This document shows, piece after piece, positions 8,317 through 18,743 of a stretch of 64,000 nt of DNA; within the stretch, counting starts at the first letter, position 1; each line of letters starts with the position of its first letter. The position numbers and the translations under genes were made by a program. Source of the DNA: Sedimentisphaerales bacterium (GTDB taxonomy: Bacteria > Planctomycetota > Phycisphaerae > Sedimentisphaerales > SM23-30); assembly GCA_963663965.2 (NCBI GenBank), contig CAXXFK010000001.1, positions 256,001 through 320,000 of the forward strand. The letters are read 5' to 3'. The notes below the pieces were generated by a model, which saw only the letters and a list, made by a program, of their open reading frames with translations, made no database searches and was not told where the DNA came from.

Positions 8317-9385
8317 AATCCGGACCGGTATCATCGTCGCGATACTCAGCGGCCTGATCTGGGTATTTGCCGAACAGGCCGTCACCAAAGAAGGCAGCAA
8401 AGATATCATCATCACGCTGGATGAAATAAACCGTTCGGGCGATTTATATGTTCAATTTCTCGATGAGTTAAACAATCCGATCGATTCCTCGCAACAAGCC
8501 GTCAATGTCACGGTTCGCGGTCCGGCCGCCCGGATACTTGAATTGAACCTGTCTTATATCAATCAATTGATCCTGCAACCGGGCCGCATGGAAGTGGATC
8601 TATCCACCATCGTCGACAAGAAACGATTTAATGTCCCGGTGATCAACCTGTTAGGCAAAGGGCTGAATTCGATAGACGGCCGCAATTTTCTTCAGGTTAC
8701 CAATACCGAGCCAACTTCGCTGAATATACTGATAACCAAACTGATCTCAAAAAAAGTACCCGTGGCGGTTTACTCGAATGCCGGTGACCGTTTGACTCCG
8801 GAGTTAATTGAGCCGCCAACAATCGATGGATTTATCGTCCAGAACCCGGATAACCCGGTAGAAGCCACCGTCAGACTGACTGCCGATCAACAGCTTCAGG
8901 CTCTTCAACAGGAGATCATTGTTCCGGTAAAAATCGACTGGCCCAATCGTGGTCAGGGCGAAGTCCGGATCCGACTCAAACAAATAGTCAATCTGGTTGA
9001 TGACAAGATCCGGCTGCCCAGACTCTATGTTCAGAAACCATATACTATGGAAGATTTCCGCGTGGTGATCGAAGATCTGGATGCCAAACTGGAAGCCAAC
9101 CGGTATAGCCCGTTGGAAATTCGTGGAACGACAGAAGCCGTGAAGGCATATCGCGAGAGTGAATATCAGCTCGTCCTCAAAATAACTGAGCTGGACCGTC
9201 AAAATGCCAGCTCCGAGATTTCACGGCCACTGGAATATTACATTCCCCCATCAATCACCGGCCTGGAAATCATCAATACCGAAACACGGCCCATCAAATT
9301 CAGACTGGAGAGAATCAAACCCACTGAAGAGGCAGACGGATTACCCACACTTTCAGGCATTACCAATCCCTCGAATACTCCCTGA
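8306..9385 (+). CDS. CdaR/YbbR-like membrane-anchored protein
   Basis: N-terminal anchor ending LIWVFA, V.VTVRGP and EIRGT YbbR-like repeats, overlaps the cdaA stop. Confidence 0.65.
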   Translation: MFNKIRTGIIVAILSGLIWVFAEQAVTKEGSKDIIITLDEINRSGDLYVQFLDELNNPIDSSQQAVNVTVRGPAARILELNLSYINQLILQPGRMEVDLSTIVDKKRFNVPVINLLGKGLNSIDGRNFLQVTNTEPTSLNILITKLISKKVPVAVYSNAGDRLTPELIEPPTIDGFIVQNPDNPVEATVRLTADQQLQALQQEIIVPVKIDWPNRGQGEVRIRLKQIVNLVDDKIRLPRLYVQKPYTMEDFRVVIEDLDAKLEANRYSPLEIRGTTEAVKAYRESEYQLVLKITELDRQNASSEISRPLEYYIPPSITGLEIINTETRPIKFRLERIKPTEEADGLPTLSGITNPSNTP

Positions 9386-9529
9386 ATCCCCGAGTAGCCT
9401 AAACAGGCGATTTCGGGCCGGGTTTTCAAGTTCGTCAGTCTATTCGTCCGATAATTAAATCTGGAGCGAATCCTATTCGTGAGATTTTTATAACAATTCT
9501 TATAATAATATACTTGGAGCTTTAGCCTT

Positions 9530-10561
9530 ATGGCGGATGTTCTAGACCAGGATGAGGTGGACGCCCTTTTAAATGCCGTCGCAGGAGGAGAGTTTGAAAC
9601 GGATGAGGACTCCGGCGAGTCCGGTTTTGGCTGTATCGATGTCGGAACCGGTCCGGCAATCTCTCAAAAGGAAGTCCGTTCCTACGATTTTAAGCGTCCA
9701 GAACGTGTCAGTAAAGACCAGATGATGGCCCTGGAAGGACTGCATGAAACTTTTGCGCGGAATTTCGGAGCCCTGGTCAGCGGCTATCTCCGTACGATTA
9801 TCGAAGTCAAAGTTCGCAGCACCGAACAGCTAACCTATGCCGAATTTACCTACTCCCTTCCCACCCCCACGGTTTTTTACCTGATGAATGCCAGTCCGCT
9901 GGAAGGCCAGGTCTGCCTTGAAATCAGTCCTCTGATTGTCTATCCTATTCTGGATCGCATGCTGGGTGGGAGCAGTTCGGATCTCTATATTCCCCAACGC
10001 CCGCTGACCCAGATCGAGCAGCGCCTGGCAGACCGTCTGATGGAACGAGCTATTGACGCGCTGGTAGAGACCTGGAGCAATATCACTGACGTTAATTTTG
10101 AAGTGATCCAGAGCGAATCCAATCCCCAGCTGGTACAGGTCGTCGCCCCCAATGAAGTGGTGGTGGTTATTGGTTTTGAAGTCAAAATGGGTGATCGGTC
10201 CGGATCCATGAGTTTATGTATCCCGTTTAATGTCATCGAACCCCTGATGGGTCGCCTGACCAGCCAGGACTGGTTTAACTATCGGAAAAAAAGCATCAGC
10301 GAGAGTTTCCGGGGCGCCATCAAACAAAATATCGGCGATGCCAAACTTAAGGTCCGCACCTATATCGGCCAGACGACGATCAAGGTCAGTGACCTGATGT
10401 CTCTGGAAGTCGGCGATGTCCTCAAACTCAAGAAAGAAGCGACCGAAGATTTGCTTATGCAGATAGAAGGTATCAGCAAATTTGCCGGAAAAGCAGGTCA
10501 GTTCCGAGGTAAAAAGGCTCTCAAAGTCTCGCGTAAAGCCAAGCCCGGCGAACGAATATAG
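9530..10561 (+). CDS. fliM: Flagellar motor switch protein FliM
   Basis: MADVLDQDEVDALL, YDFKRPERVSKDQ, RPLT.IE, ESNPQLVQ, C-terminal SpoA domain. Confidence 0.96.
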   Translation: MADVLDQDEVDALLNAVAGGEFETDEDSGESGFGCIDVGTGPAISQKEVRSYDFKRPERVSKDQMMALEGLHETFARNFGALVSGYLRTIIEVKVRSTEQLTYAEFTYSLPTPTVFYLMNASPLEGQVCLEISPLIVYPILDRMLGGSSSDLYIPQRPLTQIEQRLADRLMERAIDALVETWSNITDVNFEVIQSESNPQLVQVVAPNEVVVVIGFEVKMGDRSGSMSLCIPFNVIEPLMGRLTSQDWFNYRKKSISESFRGAIKQNIGDAKLKVRTYIGQTTIKVSDLMSLEVGDVLKLKKEATEDLLMQIEGISKFAGKAGQFRGKKALKVSRKAKPGERI

Positions 10562-10822
10562 CGCCCTCCATATCGTATTCACTTAAAGGTCACTCTAAAA
10601 ATTCATACGAGTCTGATAAGCTGGGTATTTGTTTCAACGATATGCCAGTCTGCCATGCAATTTTGAAAATAATAAAATTTTCCCAGGGAATCCAGTCGGT
10701 CTGGTTCGAAAACTACTGTCCAATAACTAATTGTCATTAAATAAGATAGTGATTCTTTCAGCGTATAATAATCCCCGGATTTATCATTATATTTCAATCC
10801 GAGTCGTGCGTATAAATGTTCC

Positions 10823-10850
10823 TAAATCCAGATACATTCTATGCCGATAA
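10823..10850 (+). promoter_or_regulatory. sigma28 (FliA/SigD)-type promoter TAAA-N16-GCCGATAA
   Basis: Exact consensus match 80 nt upstream of the kinase ATG. Confidence 0.7.
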
Positions 10851-10930
10851 TTAATTGGAATTGATATTTTAACATCGATTTTAGCGTTCTGCTTATTCTT
10901 TTATCCGAGAGATCACCAAGGAGCAAATTC

Positions 10931-13009
10931 ATGGAACGGACTGCTAAAAACAGGCTTTCCAGCACCTGTTTAAGAACCATATTGATCCTGACGGCTCTTA
11001 CCATTGGAATCACGGGGACTTTATGGATCTTTCAAACTTATCATAGTTTTAAAGACGATTGTGCCGAGTTGCGTCAGAACTATATTCGGGACCAGAAAAA
11101 TGCCATTCGAAGCGAAGTTGAAAAAGTCTGTGATTTTATTAATTACAACCGGAAGCAGGCAGAAGCAAGGCTGAAAAACGACATTAAAAGCCGCGTTTAT
11201 GAAGCCTTTGCCATTGCCTCCGGCATCTATGAAAATAACCGGGAACAATGCGCCTTAGCTGAATTAAAAACGCTGGTCAAAGATGCATTACGACCTATCC
11301 GGTTCAATGGCGGGAGAGGTTATTATTTTGCCACCCGTTTAGACGGATTGGAAGAATTATTCGCCGACAAACCGGAATTGGAAGGTAAAAACCTGTTGGA
11401 TATGAGGGACAATGACGGCCGGTGGGTTATCCGGGACATGATCGATCTAGTGAATTCTGAGGATGAAGGATTTTACCAATATAACTGGAGTAAACCGAAT
11501 CAGCCGGGAAAATCACATCCAAAAATCGCTTTCATCAAGCGGTTTGAACCGTTTAACTGGTTCATTGGGACCGGTGAATATCTTGAAGATGTGACTTCAG
11601 ATATTCAGCAGGAAGTTCTGAATAGAATCGCAAAGATCCGTTTTGGTGAAAATGGCTATATTTTTGTTGTCAGCTATGACGGCACCACTCTCATGAACGA
11701 TATTCAGAGGCATCTGATCGGCCAGAATCTTTGGGAAATGACCGATCCGGAAGGCACCAAAGTGATCCAGGCAGAAAGGAAAGCGACCTCGAAACCTGAA
11801 GGGGATTTTATTCAATACGTCTGGAATAAACCAACCAGTGAAAACCCCAGCCCCAAAATCGCGTTCGTCAAAGGGATCGCCGACTGGGAATGGATGATTG
11901 GCGCCGGAGTCTATCTGGATGACGTGGAACAAATCATCGCCCGGGATCGGGCCAGACTGGACGAACAGGTCAGGAACCAGTTATTACAGATTGTGCTATT
12001 GCTGCTGGTAGTGGCTATGGCCGCTTATTTCATTTCAATGCGGTTGATACGAAAATTGCGGATTTCGCTAGCCGCATTCGTATCATTTTTTCAAAACGCG
12101 GCATCCCAGGCCGCCCATGTCGATAAAAGTAAAATCTGTTATTCCGAATTTGATACGCTGGCCGACTCCGCCAACTTAATGATCGATAAACGCCTGGAAA
12201 CAGAGCACGATTTAAGACAGGAAAACAGAGTCAGGATGGAGGCTGAAAAAAAAGCAGAGGCAGCCAATATTGCTAAAAGTCAGTTTCTGGCCAATGTAAG
12301 TCACGAGATCCGAACGCCCATGAATGGAATTATCGGTTTTTCCGATCTGCTGGCAGCGGAACTATTGAATGAACAGCAAAGCGACTATGTCAAAATAATC
12401 AGAGACTCCGCGTATAATCTCTTTGAGCTGATCGACAACATCCTGGACCTGTCGAAAATTGAAGCCGCTGAACTGGAAATAGAAAGTATCGATTGTATGT
12501 TACAGGATATCATTAATTCCATTAACTTACAAATGAGGGCAAAAGCGCAAGAAAAAGGGATCGAATTTAAAATCATGACGGAGCCGCAGGTGCCCTCGGT
12601 CATACAGACTGATCCGGTTCGTCTGAAAAAATGTCTGGTGAATTTAATCGATAACGCGATTAAATTCACCGAGCAGGGTCATGTACAGTTAACCGTATCC
12701 TCTCAAAGAATCGATGAGGCGCATACGATCCGATTCGATATCAAAGACACCGGCATCGGTGTTTCACAAGATATTCAGGAACGAATATTCGAACCATTTA
12801 CACAGGCGGATGGCAGCAGTACCAGACGATTTGGCGGGACTGGCCTGGGACTGACTCTCACGCGGCAATTGACCCGGTTAATGGGCGGGACATTGACTCT
12901 GATAAGCGCACCGGGACAAGGTTCAGTATTCACCTTAATTATACCGGCAGTTATCAAATCGGAAGATCACGTTTGGATGGATTCATTTTACGCGGATGTC
13001 ATGGGATAA
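10931..13009 (+). CDS. Membrane sensor histidine kinase with two periplasmic Cache domains, no receiver domain
   Basis: Two GY.F...Y.W.KP...PKIAF.K...W.W.IG.G.YL repeats; [20 protein letters not shown]-box; NAIKFT, DTGIG, GGTGLGL boxes. Confidence 0.92.
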   Translation: MERTAKNRLSSTCLRTILILTALTIGITGTLWIFQTYHSFKDDCAELRQNYIRDQKNAIRSEVEKVCDFINYNRKQAEARLKNDIKSRVYEAFAIASGIYENNREQCALAELKTLVKDALRPIRFNGGRGYYFATRLDGLEELFADKPELEGKNLLDMRDNDGRWVIRDMIDLVNSEDEGFYQYNWSKPNQPGKSHPKIAFIKRFEPFNWFIGTGEYLEDVTSDIQQEVLNRIAKIRFGENGYIFVVSYDGTTLMNDIQRHLIGQNLWEMTDPEGTKVIQAERKATSKPEGDFIQYVWNKPTSENPSPKIAFVKGIADWEWMIGAGVYLDDVEQIIARDRARLDEQVRNQLLQIVLLLLVVAMAAYFISMRLIRKLRISLAAFVSFFQNAASQAAHVDKSKICYSEFDTLADSANLMIDKRLETEHDLRQENRVRMEAEKKAEAANIAKSQFLANVSHEIRTPMNGIIGFSDLLAAELLNEQQSDYVKIIRDSAYNLFELIDNILDLSKIEAAELEIESIDCMLQDIINSINLQMRAKAQEKGIEFKIMTEPQVPSVIQTDPVRLKKCLVNLIDNAIKFTEQGHVQLTVSSQRIDEAHTIRFDIKDTGIGVSQDIQERIFEPFTQADGSSTRRFGGTGLGLTLTRQLTRLMGGTLTLISAPGQGSVFTLIIPAVIKSEDHVWMDSFYADVMG

Positions 13010-13199
13010 AACTTCGCCTCATTGGTTTGCCAATTCAAGGAATTATATCCAATGGGTATGAAAATTCCTGATGGCTCGAAAGATAACTATTTACACGTGT
13101 AGAACTTATAACACGGCCCAGCGGGTATTTTCAATCGTAAATGGTATAATACCACAAATTCACAGGCCATGGCAATCCGGGTCACTATCTCCGGGCAAT

Positions 13200-14738
13200 T
13201 TACTGCAATTGGAATTCGATGATCCGAAGGGGGGTCGATTGCTGGGATTCGACCGGACTATCCTGGGCCATAATCGAGAGTATCTGTTCGGATTGGAAGC
13301 GGATGGGATCGGCGAGGAATTCATTGACAAAGAGACCAGGCTCGGTGTGGATGATTTGCCAGTCTGTCCAACCAGATGCGGCCGTCGCCGCCGCGATTTT
13401 TAAATCGCCGTCGCTGAACTGGACTCCCCCCCCCCACATGGCCGAAGGATCGCGTGAAGCGCCGTATATAAAGAAAGCGTCGCCATTGGGCCGGATAAAC
13501 AATTTGGGGCGATTGCCGGCAACCCAGTTCATCTCGAAATGACGCCAGGAGCCGTCGTTGTCCCGCCAGTAATGATGATAGCGTCGGGCCATGGGATGGT
13601 GCCAGGAATAGGCATCCGGATACCCCTGGTCAGCGGCCCGGGCAATGGTTTCTTCAGTACTATGCCAGGTCACCACATGAACACGGCCCTGAGGATCAAC
13701 GGCCTGAGCCTGCTGGTTGATCATGCCCAGACGCCGGGAAAGATTGACAACGATAACACCGGGAGAATCGATATGAATAAGCTGCTGAGTGGCCGCATTT
13801 CCAGTTGCCCGACCAATGATCCGGAAGTCTGAAGAGAGTCCGTTAAAGCTGAGTAAGGTTTGAGGTATCGTATCATCGATGGCAATTCTGAGGGCAGTGT
13901 TTTTGTCGTTGAGCCAGGTATAACCGTTGTCTGTACTCATGCCATACATGATATCATGATTGGCGCCCTGCGTGCCCTCCCGCCAGCACCAGGTAACATG
14001 AAATACGCCATCCAGGCCATAAGTATAATTATTGGGGTAAGCGCATCGTGAAGTACTGGTATTGTATTCATCGGTAAACGTTCCACTGCGAGAGATAAAG
14101 CCGCGTGAATTATGCCAGGAGTGATCGGAACCGTGGTAATCGGCTATCCACCAGTCGCCATTGCCGGAACCCCCCGTACGATAAATCATCTGAAGGTCAC
14201 CGGCCGGTGTCTGAATAAAAGCCGGGTAGGTCAGACTGAAAGTCTTGCCGGTTTCAAGATAGTTCCGAACCGGCCCGAAAAGGGAAGACTGCCATTCAGT
14301 CTGTCCCGGATCGGTAGCAACGCCAACCTGCGACAGGCGGTAATGCAAAGGATGACCATGATGATCAAAAGCCAGGTGAATGGTGCCATCATTGGGACAG
14401 ATACCCATTGAGATTGTGTTATGCGCATCGTTGCTGGCGAAATAATAATCGGTCAGTTCGATGGTCTGCCAGGGGCCGGAAGGCAAATAACGCCGTGCCA
14501 CACAGACATGGCGGTTCCCGTTATAATAAGCGACGTATTGATAACCATTATGGGATATGACGGCATCCTGTTGAAATGAGACGCCATTGATTGCCTGGCC
14601 GAAGTTTCCTTCAATCGTCAGAGCCAGAGGATCGACCGTTGTATCGGCAATTTTCTGTAACGCCGGAAAGGCGAATAAACCCGTTGACAGCAGGCTTAAA
14701 CCTGCGGATAGAAACAAAAATATACGTTGATACAGCAT
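13200..14738 (-). CDS. Secreted BNR-repeat (BNR_4) beta-propeller, putative glycan lyase/hydrolase
   Basis: INGVSFQQDA, DAHNTISMGIC..DGTIHLAFDHH, TYP.F, YRTGGSGNG, S.DNG.TW Asp-box; signal peptide from ATG 14738. Confidence 0.78.
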   Translation of the reverse strand: MLYQRIFLFLSAGLSLLSTGLFAFPALQKIADTTVDPLALTIEGNFGQAINGVSFQQDAVISHNGYQYVAYYNGNRHVCVARRYLPSGPWQTIELTDYYFASNDAHNTISMGICPNDGTIHLAFDHHGHPLHYRLSQVGVATDPGQTEWQSSLFGPVRNYLETGKTFSLTYPAFIQTPAGDLQMIYRTGGSGNGDWWIADYHGSDHSWHNSRGFISRSGTFTDEYNTSTSRCAYPNNYTYGLDGVFHVTWCWREGTQGANHDIMYGMSTDNGYTWLNDKNTALRIAIDDTIPQTLLSFNGLSSDFRIIGRATGNAATQQLIHIDSPGVIVVNLSRRLGMINQQAQAVDPQGRVHVVTWHSTEETIARAADQGYPDAYSWHHPMARRYHHYWRDNDGSWRHFEMNWVAGNRPKLFIRPNGDAFFIYGASRDPSAMWGGGVQFSDGDLKIAAATAASGWTDWQIIHTEPGLFVNEFLADPIRFQSEQILSIMAQDSPVESQQSTPLRIIEFQLQ

Positions 14739-14752
14739 GAGGTAATGCCCCA

Positions 14753-16483
14753 TTATTGACAGCGCGGATAGATGCCGCATGACATCCAGTTATCCAGTAA
14801 TATCCTTAAATCGTAGAGGTCAACACGACAGTCAGGAGAGCCATTGGGTCCGGTTAAATCAAACGTCTGGGCGTACGACAGAATACAAAGAACATCTTCA
14901 GTGAAAAGGCTGACTACCTGAGCATCACTGAGCGCATAGTTAAAGATTCGAACATCATCAAGCGCGCCATTGAACGTATGGGCGCCGGAGGCATGTCCCA
15001 GATCGACTGTGATCCGGCCGGGATCGACCTTATGCCAGCTTTCGGTCGTTTTTATCCGGCCGTCCAGATAGGTACGCCCGGTAGTTCCATCGAAAGTCAC
15101 ACAGAAAAACTGCCAGTGGCCGGGTTGAGCCGCATGATCAAGACGGGAAGTGCCATTCCAGATGCTTTCGACCATCAGATCGCCGGCCGCTGAGGTCATA
15201 TCCTGCAGTCCGTTCCAACGATACCAAAAGGCAATCGAAAACTCTCCGGTGAACCCGATTGGTCTGAGAGGACTGGAACTGGCCCAGCCAGCTTCAGGAG
15301 TAATTTCACTAGCAGCAGCATCCTGACCATGAGCACCCAAAACAAAGGCCGGTAGACCGGTAATATCAGCATGATGGCCACCCTGACGATCCAGATAACG
15401 GTTATCGGCCACCTCCGCCTGCCCCAATGGCCAGTATGTCAGCAGAGCATTTACCTGTAACCGGGCGGCAGTCGAAACCACTGGAAATACGCTTTCATCA
15501 CTCAGAATACAATAATAGGCACCTTCATCGTCAGCATTGGCGTCGGTCATAATCAGACGGGCCAGCCAGGCGTCCGTGGCGTCATTATATTCGAGCGATG
15601 AAACAATATCAGGATTATCTCCCGGCAGTGTTGTATCGATACCCTCTTGCAACCGATGCCAGACTGCAACGGGCTGGGAATTCGTAGTAAAACGGACAAC
15701 AAATTCAACCGGCTGACTGCCGTAGATGGCAGTATCCTGCGGCTGGCCATCCGGTGTTATTTCAAGATTTGATTCGATACGCAATAAATTAAAATTCTTC
15801 AAACGGCCATGAATTGTATTCTGACCACTGGCGAAACCAACCGCATGAATATCAGGATTAGTCGAATATGTAAACGTATGAATTTGAGTGAAGTAAAAGT
15901 CGGCCGCATATTTTTGATACCATTGTACCTGCCAGCTCTCGTTGCGGGTATCAAGCAGGATCATCAGATCGACATCTCGGCTATGATCGAGCGACGGTTC
16001 AATCGAAATGCCATTGGCAGTAGCCGGTCCGGCAAACAGTTGATCCGGCTGGGTGGCGTTATTTCCCCGGCGCAGCATCCAGGCATAACCGGTTGTAGGT
16101 GAACCCAGAAAACGCTGTCCACTGGCCGTACTGGATCCGGCCGTGAAACCCAGCGCCAGCCAGTAATCATCACCCGTGACATCCCGGAACGAGGCGGACA
16201 AATGGTAGATAAAACCGGATTGTGGTTCAAAAGGCACGGTTGCCGTGCTGTAGAGCCCGGATGCGCCATCCGCCTTCCAACTACTATGAGCATTCCAGGT
16301 ATTGCCCGTTCCACCCGGATCAACATCAATCGGCTGGCCGTGCAAACTGGTGGATGAATCTCCGCTAAAGGTATGCTGATAGATTACTGTGGTTTGCGCC
16401 TGCAGGGGAATGATAATAAGGGGAAACAGTAGCAGTAGAAGACCGGGGCGTAAAAGAGGTGATAATGCCAAGATTTTTATCAC
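14753..16483 (-). CDS. Secreted protein: uncharacterised N-domain + Ig-like + LamG + C-terminal dockerin-like tail
   Basis: DEGAYYC Ig motif, LDDVRIFNYALS LamG motif, DLTG..PDCRVDLYDL..NWMSCG tail; GTG 16483 with AAGGA upstream. Confidence 0.78.
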   Translation of the reverse strand: MIKILALSPLLRPGLLLLLFPLIIIPLQAQTTVIYQHTFSGDSSTSLHGQPIDVDPGGTGNTWNAHSSWKADGASGLYSTATVPFEPQSGFIYHLSASFRDVTGDDYWLALGFTAGSSTASGQRFLGSPTTGYAWMLRRGNNATQPDQLFAGPATANGISIEPSLDHSRDVDLMILLDTRNESWQVQWYQKYAADFYFTQIHTFTYSTNPDIHAVGFASGQNTIHGRLKNFNLLRIESNLEITPDGQPQDTAIYGSQPVEFVVRFTTNSQPVAVWHRLQEGIDTTLPGDNPDIVSSLEYNDATDAWLARLIMTDANADDEGAYYCILSDESVFPVVSTAARLQVNALLTYWPLGQAEVADNRYLDRQGGHHADITGLPAFVLGAHGQDAAASEITPEAGWASSSPLRPIGFTGEFSIAFWYRWNGLQDMTSAAGDLMVESIWNGTSRLDHAAQPGHWQFFCVTFDGTTGRTYLDGRIKTTESWHKVDPGRITVDLGHASGAHTFNGALDDVRIFNYALSDAQVVSLFTEDVLCILSYAQTFDLTGPNGSPDCRVDLYDLRILLDNWMSCGIYPRCQ

Positions 16484-16505
16484 TTTTCGATCCTTGAAAC
16501 AAGCA

Positions 16506-16534
16506 GATGGACCGCCCACCGAGGGCGGTCCATC
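16506..16534 (-). terminator. Strong intergenic hairpin between the two LamG genes
   Basis: GATGGACCGCCC-ACCGA-GGGCGGTCCATC, a perfect 12-bp stem. Confidence 0.65.
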
Positions 16535-16566
16535 GGAAAGATCAAACGTTTGGAAGCCTCTATGAC

Positions 16567-18681
16567 TCAATCGCAAGCGGGATCCATATACACACCGCAG
16601 GATAACCAGACTTCGGTAATCTGAGCAAAGTCAAGCAAATCTACCCGGCAGTCGTTGTTAAAGTCATAACTATTGGCATAATCGAGAATACACAATTCCG
16701 CATCGGGATAGACTTCCAGATAGAGATCGGCTACTTGATATGCAGTTAATGGATAGTTGTAAATCTTCATATCGTCGATCGCGCCAACCAGATGGCCGTT
16801 GGGAACACCGCGATTATTATTAGCGCCAATCAAGACCGGGTAATCCCAGGCGGCGAAGGTCTGGCCGATTCCGAAATTGGCAGCATTACCAACCGGCAAG
16901 CCATCCAGATAAATTTGTGTCAGGCCGCCTTCCTGATAAGTGACCGTAAACAGGTGGAACTGGCCATCAGCAATAACCGGTGTGGTTGACACTCCGGTGG
17001 CGAAGGTAGCGTCTCCCGTGGCATGACGGATACGGAAATTGATATCTTCCGGACTGCCGTCAACCCATAGTTGAATGGCAGTAACCCCGTTGCTGTTATG
17101 GGTGCTGATGAACATCACATTGGTCTGGTCGGGAGCCAGACCATCGACACGCGCCCAGCAGGAAACGGTACCTGAGGTGACGCCATTACCCAGGCCGGGT
17201 TTGGGATAAGCGTCGGTTGACAATTCGACATATTGAGTACCATCCAAGATCAAAGCGCCATCGCCAACAATACCCGGACCGAAACCCGGAGGGATATTGG
17301 GATCGGGTTCGGCTTTGGGCGTGCCATGATTGGAGCCGACCGCATCATCCGCATTGGTATCCAATGGATAGTAGGCGAGCATCCGTTTAATGACCAGACT
17401 GGCCGGTTGACTTTGATCGGATTCAGTGGTAGAGGCAATACAATAATAATAACCCTGATCGGCAATATCTGCATTGGCAATACTCAATCCGGTAATAAAA
17501 CCATTCTCAGTTCCATTCGTATCAATTGTCAGGGTATAATCTCCTACTTTTACCGGACTGATGCTGGTATCAACGGTTCCAATCAAGGTATCGGTCTCAC
17601 CCGCTTCCAGGTACCATTTAACCGTAGGCAGTGAACGACTGGTGAAGTGAGCATCAAAGACAGCCGTTTCACCGGCATCGATAAACTGACTGACGGGATC
17701 GCTATCGAATGTGGGTACACTCTTTATCGTATCGAAGAAGGAGATAGGACCTTCAACTGCATTGGGTTCGGCAATGCCATCAATCCGCCAGAAATAAGTT
17801 TTATCCATTTCCAGGGCTAACGGGGGAGTCACACCGGTTTGATCGCCAGTGGCATCGATGACAACGGGTGCCACATCGATAAAATTGGGTTCATCCACTG
17901 CCACATAGAGCTTGTAACCGGTAACACCTTCGGCAGTCGCGCCGGTCCAGCTTAAGGTCGCATTTAGAGGAACCTCAATCTGGGCAAATTTTGGATAGGA
18001 AGGAGTAGCGCTGCCACCATCACTGACATCCAGTAAAATGTAATCCATTTTATAGACATTTTTGGAACGGGCCGCCCCCACGGCTCCGATATTTGGATTG
18101 GTGGTATAGGTATAAGTCCGTCCGGTGGTAAAATCATCAGAAGTCACCTTCTTGACCTGCCAGATCACCCCCCATTGAGCCTGGGTAGTATCCAGAATAA
18201 TCCGCATATCGGCATCGCCAGTATAAGTGCCGGTAATATCGGCGCCGCCGGTAGTACCCGGTCCATAAAACGCCTGGTCAGCGCGCGTATCCGCAGCAGC
18301 CCGATGCAGCATCCAGGGTTGGCCGGCTGTCACGCCACCAATAAACCGATAAGCATTATCGCCAGCACTGGTTGATGATCCGGCAGTAAATCCCAGAGCC
18401 CCCCAGTCACCTGCAGTAGCCACATCGATAAAACGAACCGTTAATTGATACACCCGGCCGGCCTGAGGAGTAAACGGCAAAGTCGCGCTGCAATCGTTGG
18501 TTGTATGCGTTCCCGCAGCCGTCCAGGAAGAATGGGCGATCCAGGCAGAGTTACCAATATCCGGTTTGAGACCGTTTAAGGGAGTCGATATGTTCCCATC
18601 CAGGTTGTCAAAAATCAGTACTTCAGCAGGTAAACAGGCTGCCAAAGTCAGCAACATAAGTAGCATCCATTTCATTTTCAT
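16567..18681 (-). CDS. Secreted protein: uncharacterised N-domain + FN3-like + Ig-like + LamG + dockerin-like tail
   Basis: Signal peptide, YFWRID, DQGYYYC, IDDMKIYNYPLT, DFNNDCRVDLLDFA..WLSCG. Confidence 0.82.
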   Translation of the reverse strand: MKMKWMLLMLLTLAACLPAEVLIFDNLDGNISTPLNGLKPDIGNSAWIAHSSWTAAGTHTTNDCSATLPFTPQAGRVYQLTVRFIDVATAGDWGALGFTAGSSTSAGDNAYRFIGGVTAGQPWMLHRAAADTRADQAFYGPGTTGGADITGTYTGDADMRIILDTTQAQWGVIWQVKKVTSDDFTTGRTYTYTTNPNIGAVGAARSKNVYKMDYILLDVSDGGSATPSYPKFAQIEVPLNATLSWTGATAEGVTGYKLYVAVDEPNFIDVAPVVIDATGDQTGVTPPLALEMDKTYFWRIDGIAEPNAVEGPISFFDTIKSVPTFDSDPVSQFIDAGETAVFDAHFTSRSLPTVKWYLEAGETDTLIGTVDTSISPVKVGDYTLTIDTNGTENGFITGLSIANADIADQGYYYCIASTTESDQSQPASLVIKRMLAYYPLDTNADDAVGSNHGTPKAEPDPNIPPGFGPGIVGDGALILDGTQYVELSTDAYPKPGLGNGVTSGTVSCWARVDGLAPDQTNVMFISTHNSNGVTAIQLWVDGSPEDINFRIRHATGDATFATGVSTTPVIADGQFHLFTVTYQEGGLTQIYLDGLPVGNAANFGIGQTFAAWDYPVLIGANNNRGVPNGHLVGAIDDMKIYNYPLTAYQVADLYLEVYPDAELCILDYANSYDFNNDCRVDLLDFAQITEVWLSCGVYMDPACD

Positions 18682-18743
18682 AATTTATCCTCCAGAAATA
18701 GGAAGTTATACATTCATCCAGCCGAACTACCAAGGCGGCGGGA

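Noticed and set aside
16484..16576. ORF-track N-terminal extension of the 14753 gene (similar extensions at 868-954 and 38427-38570)
   Set aside because: Extensions run through a hairpin, promoter motifs or AT-rich intergenic sequence; downstream starts fit better
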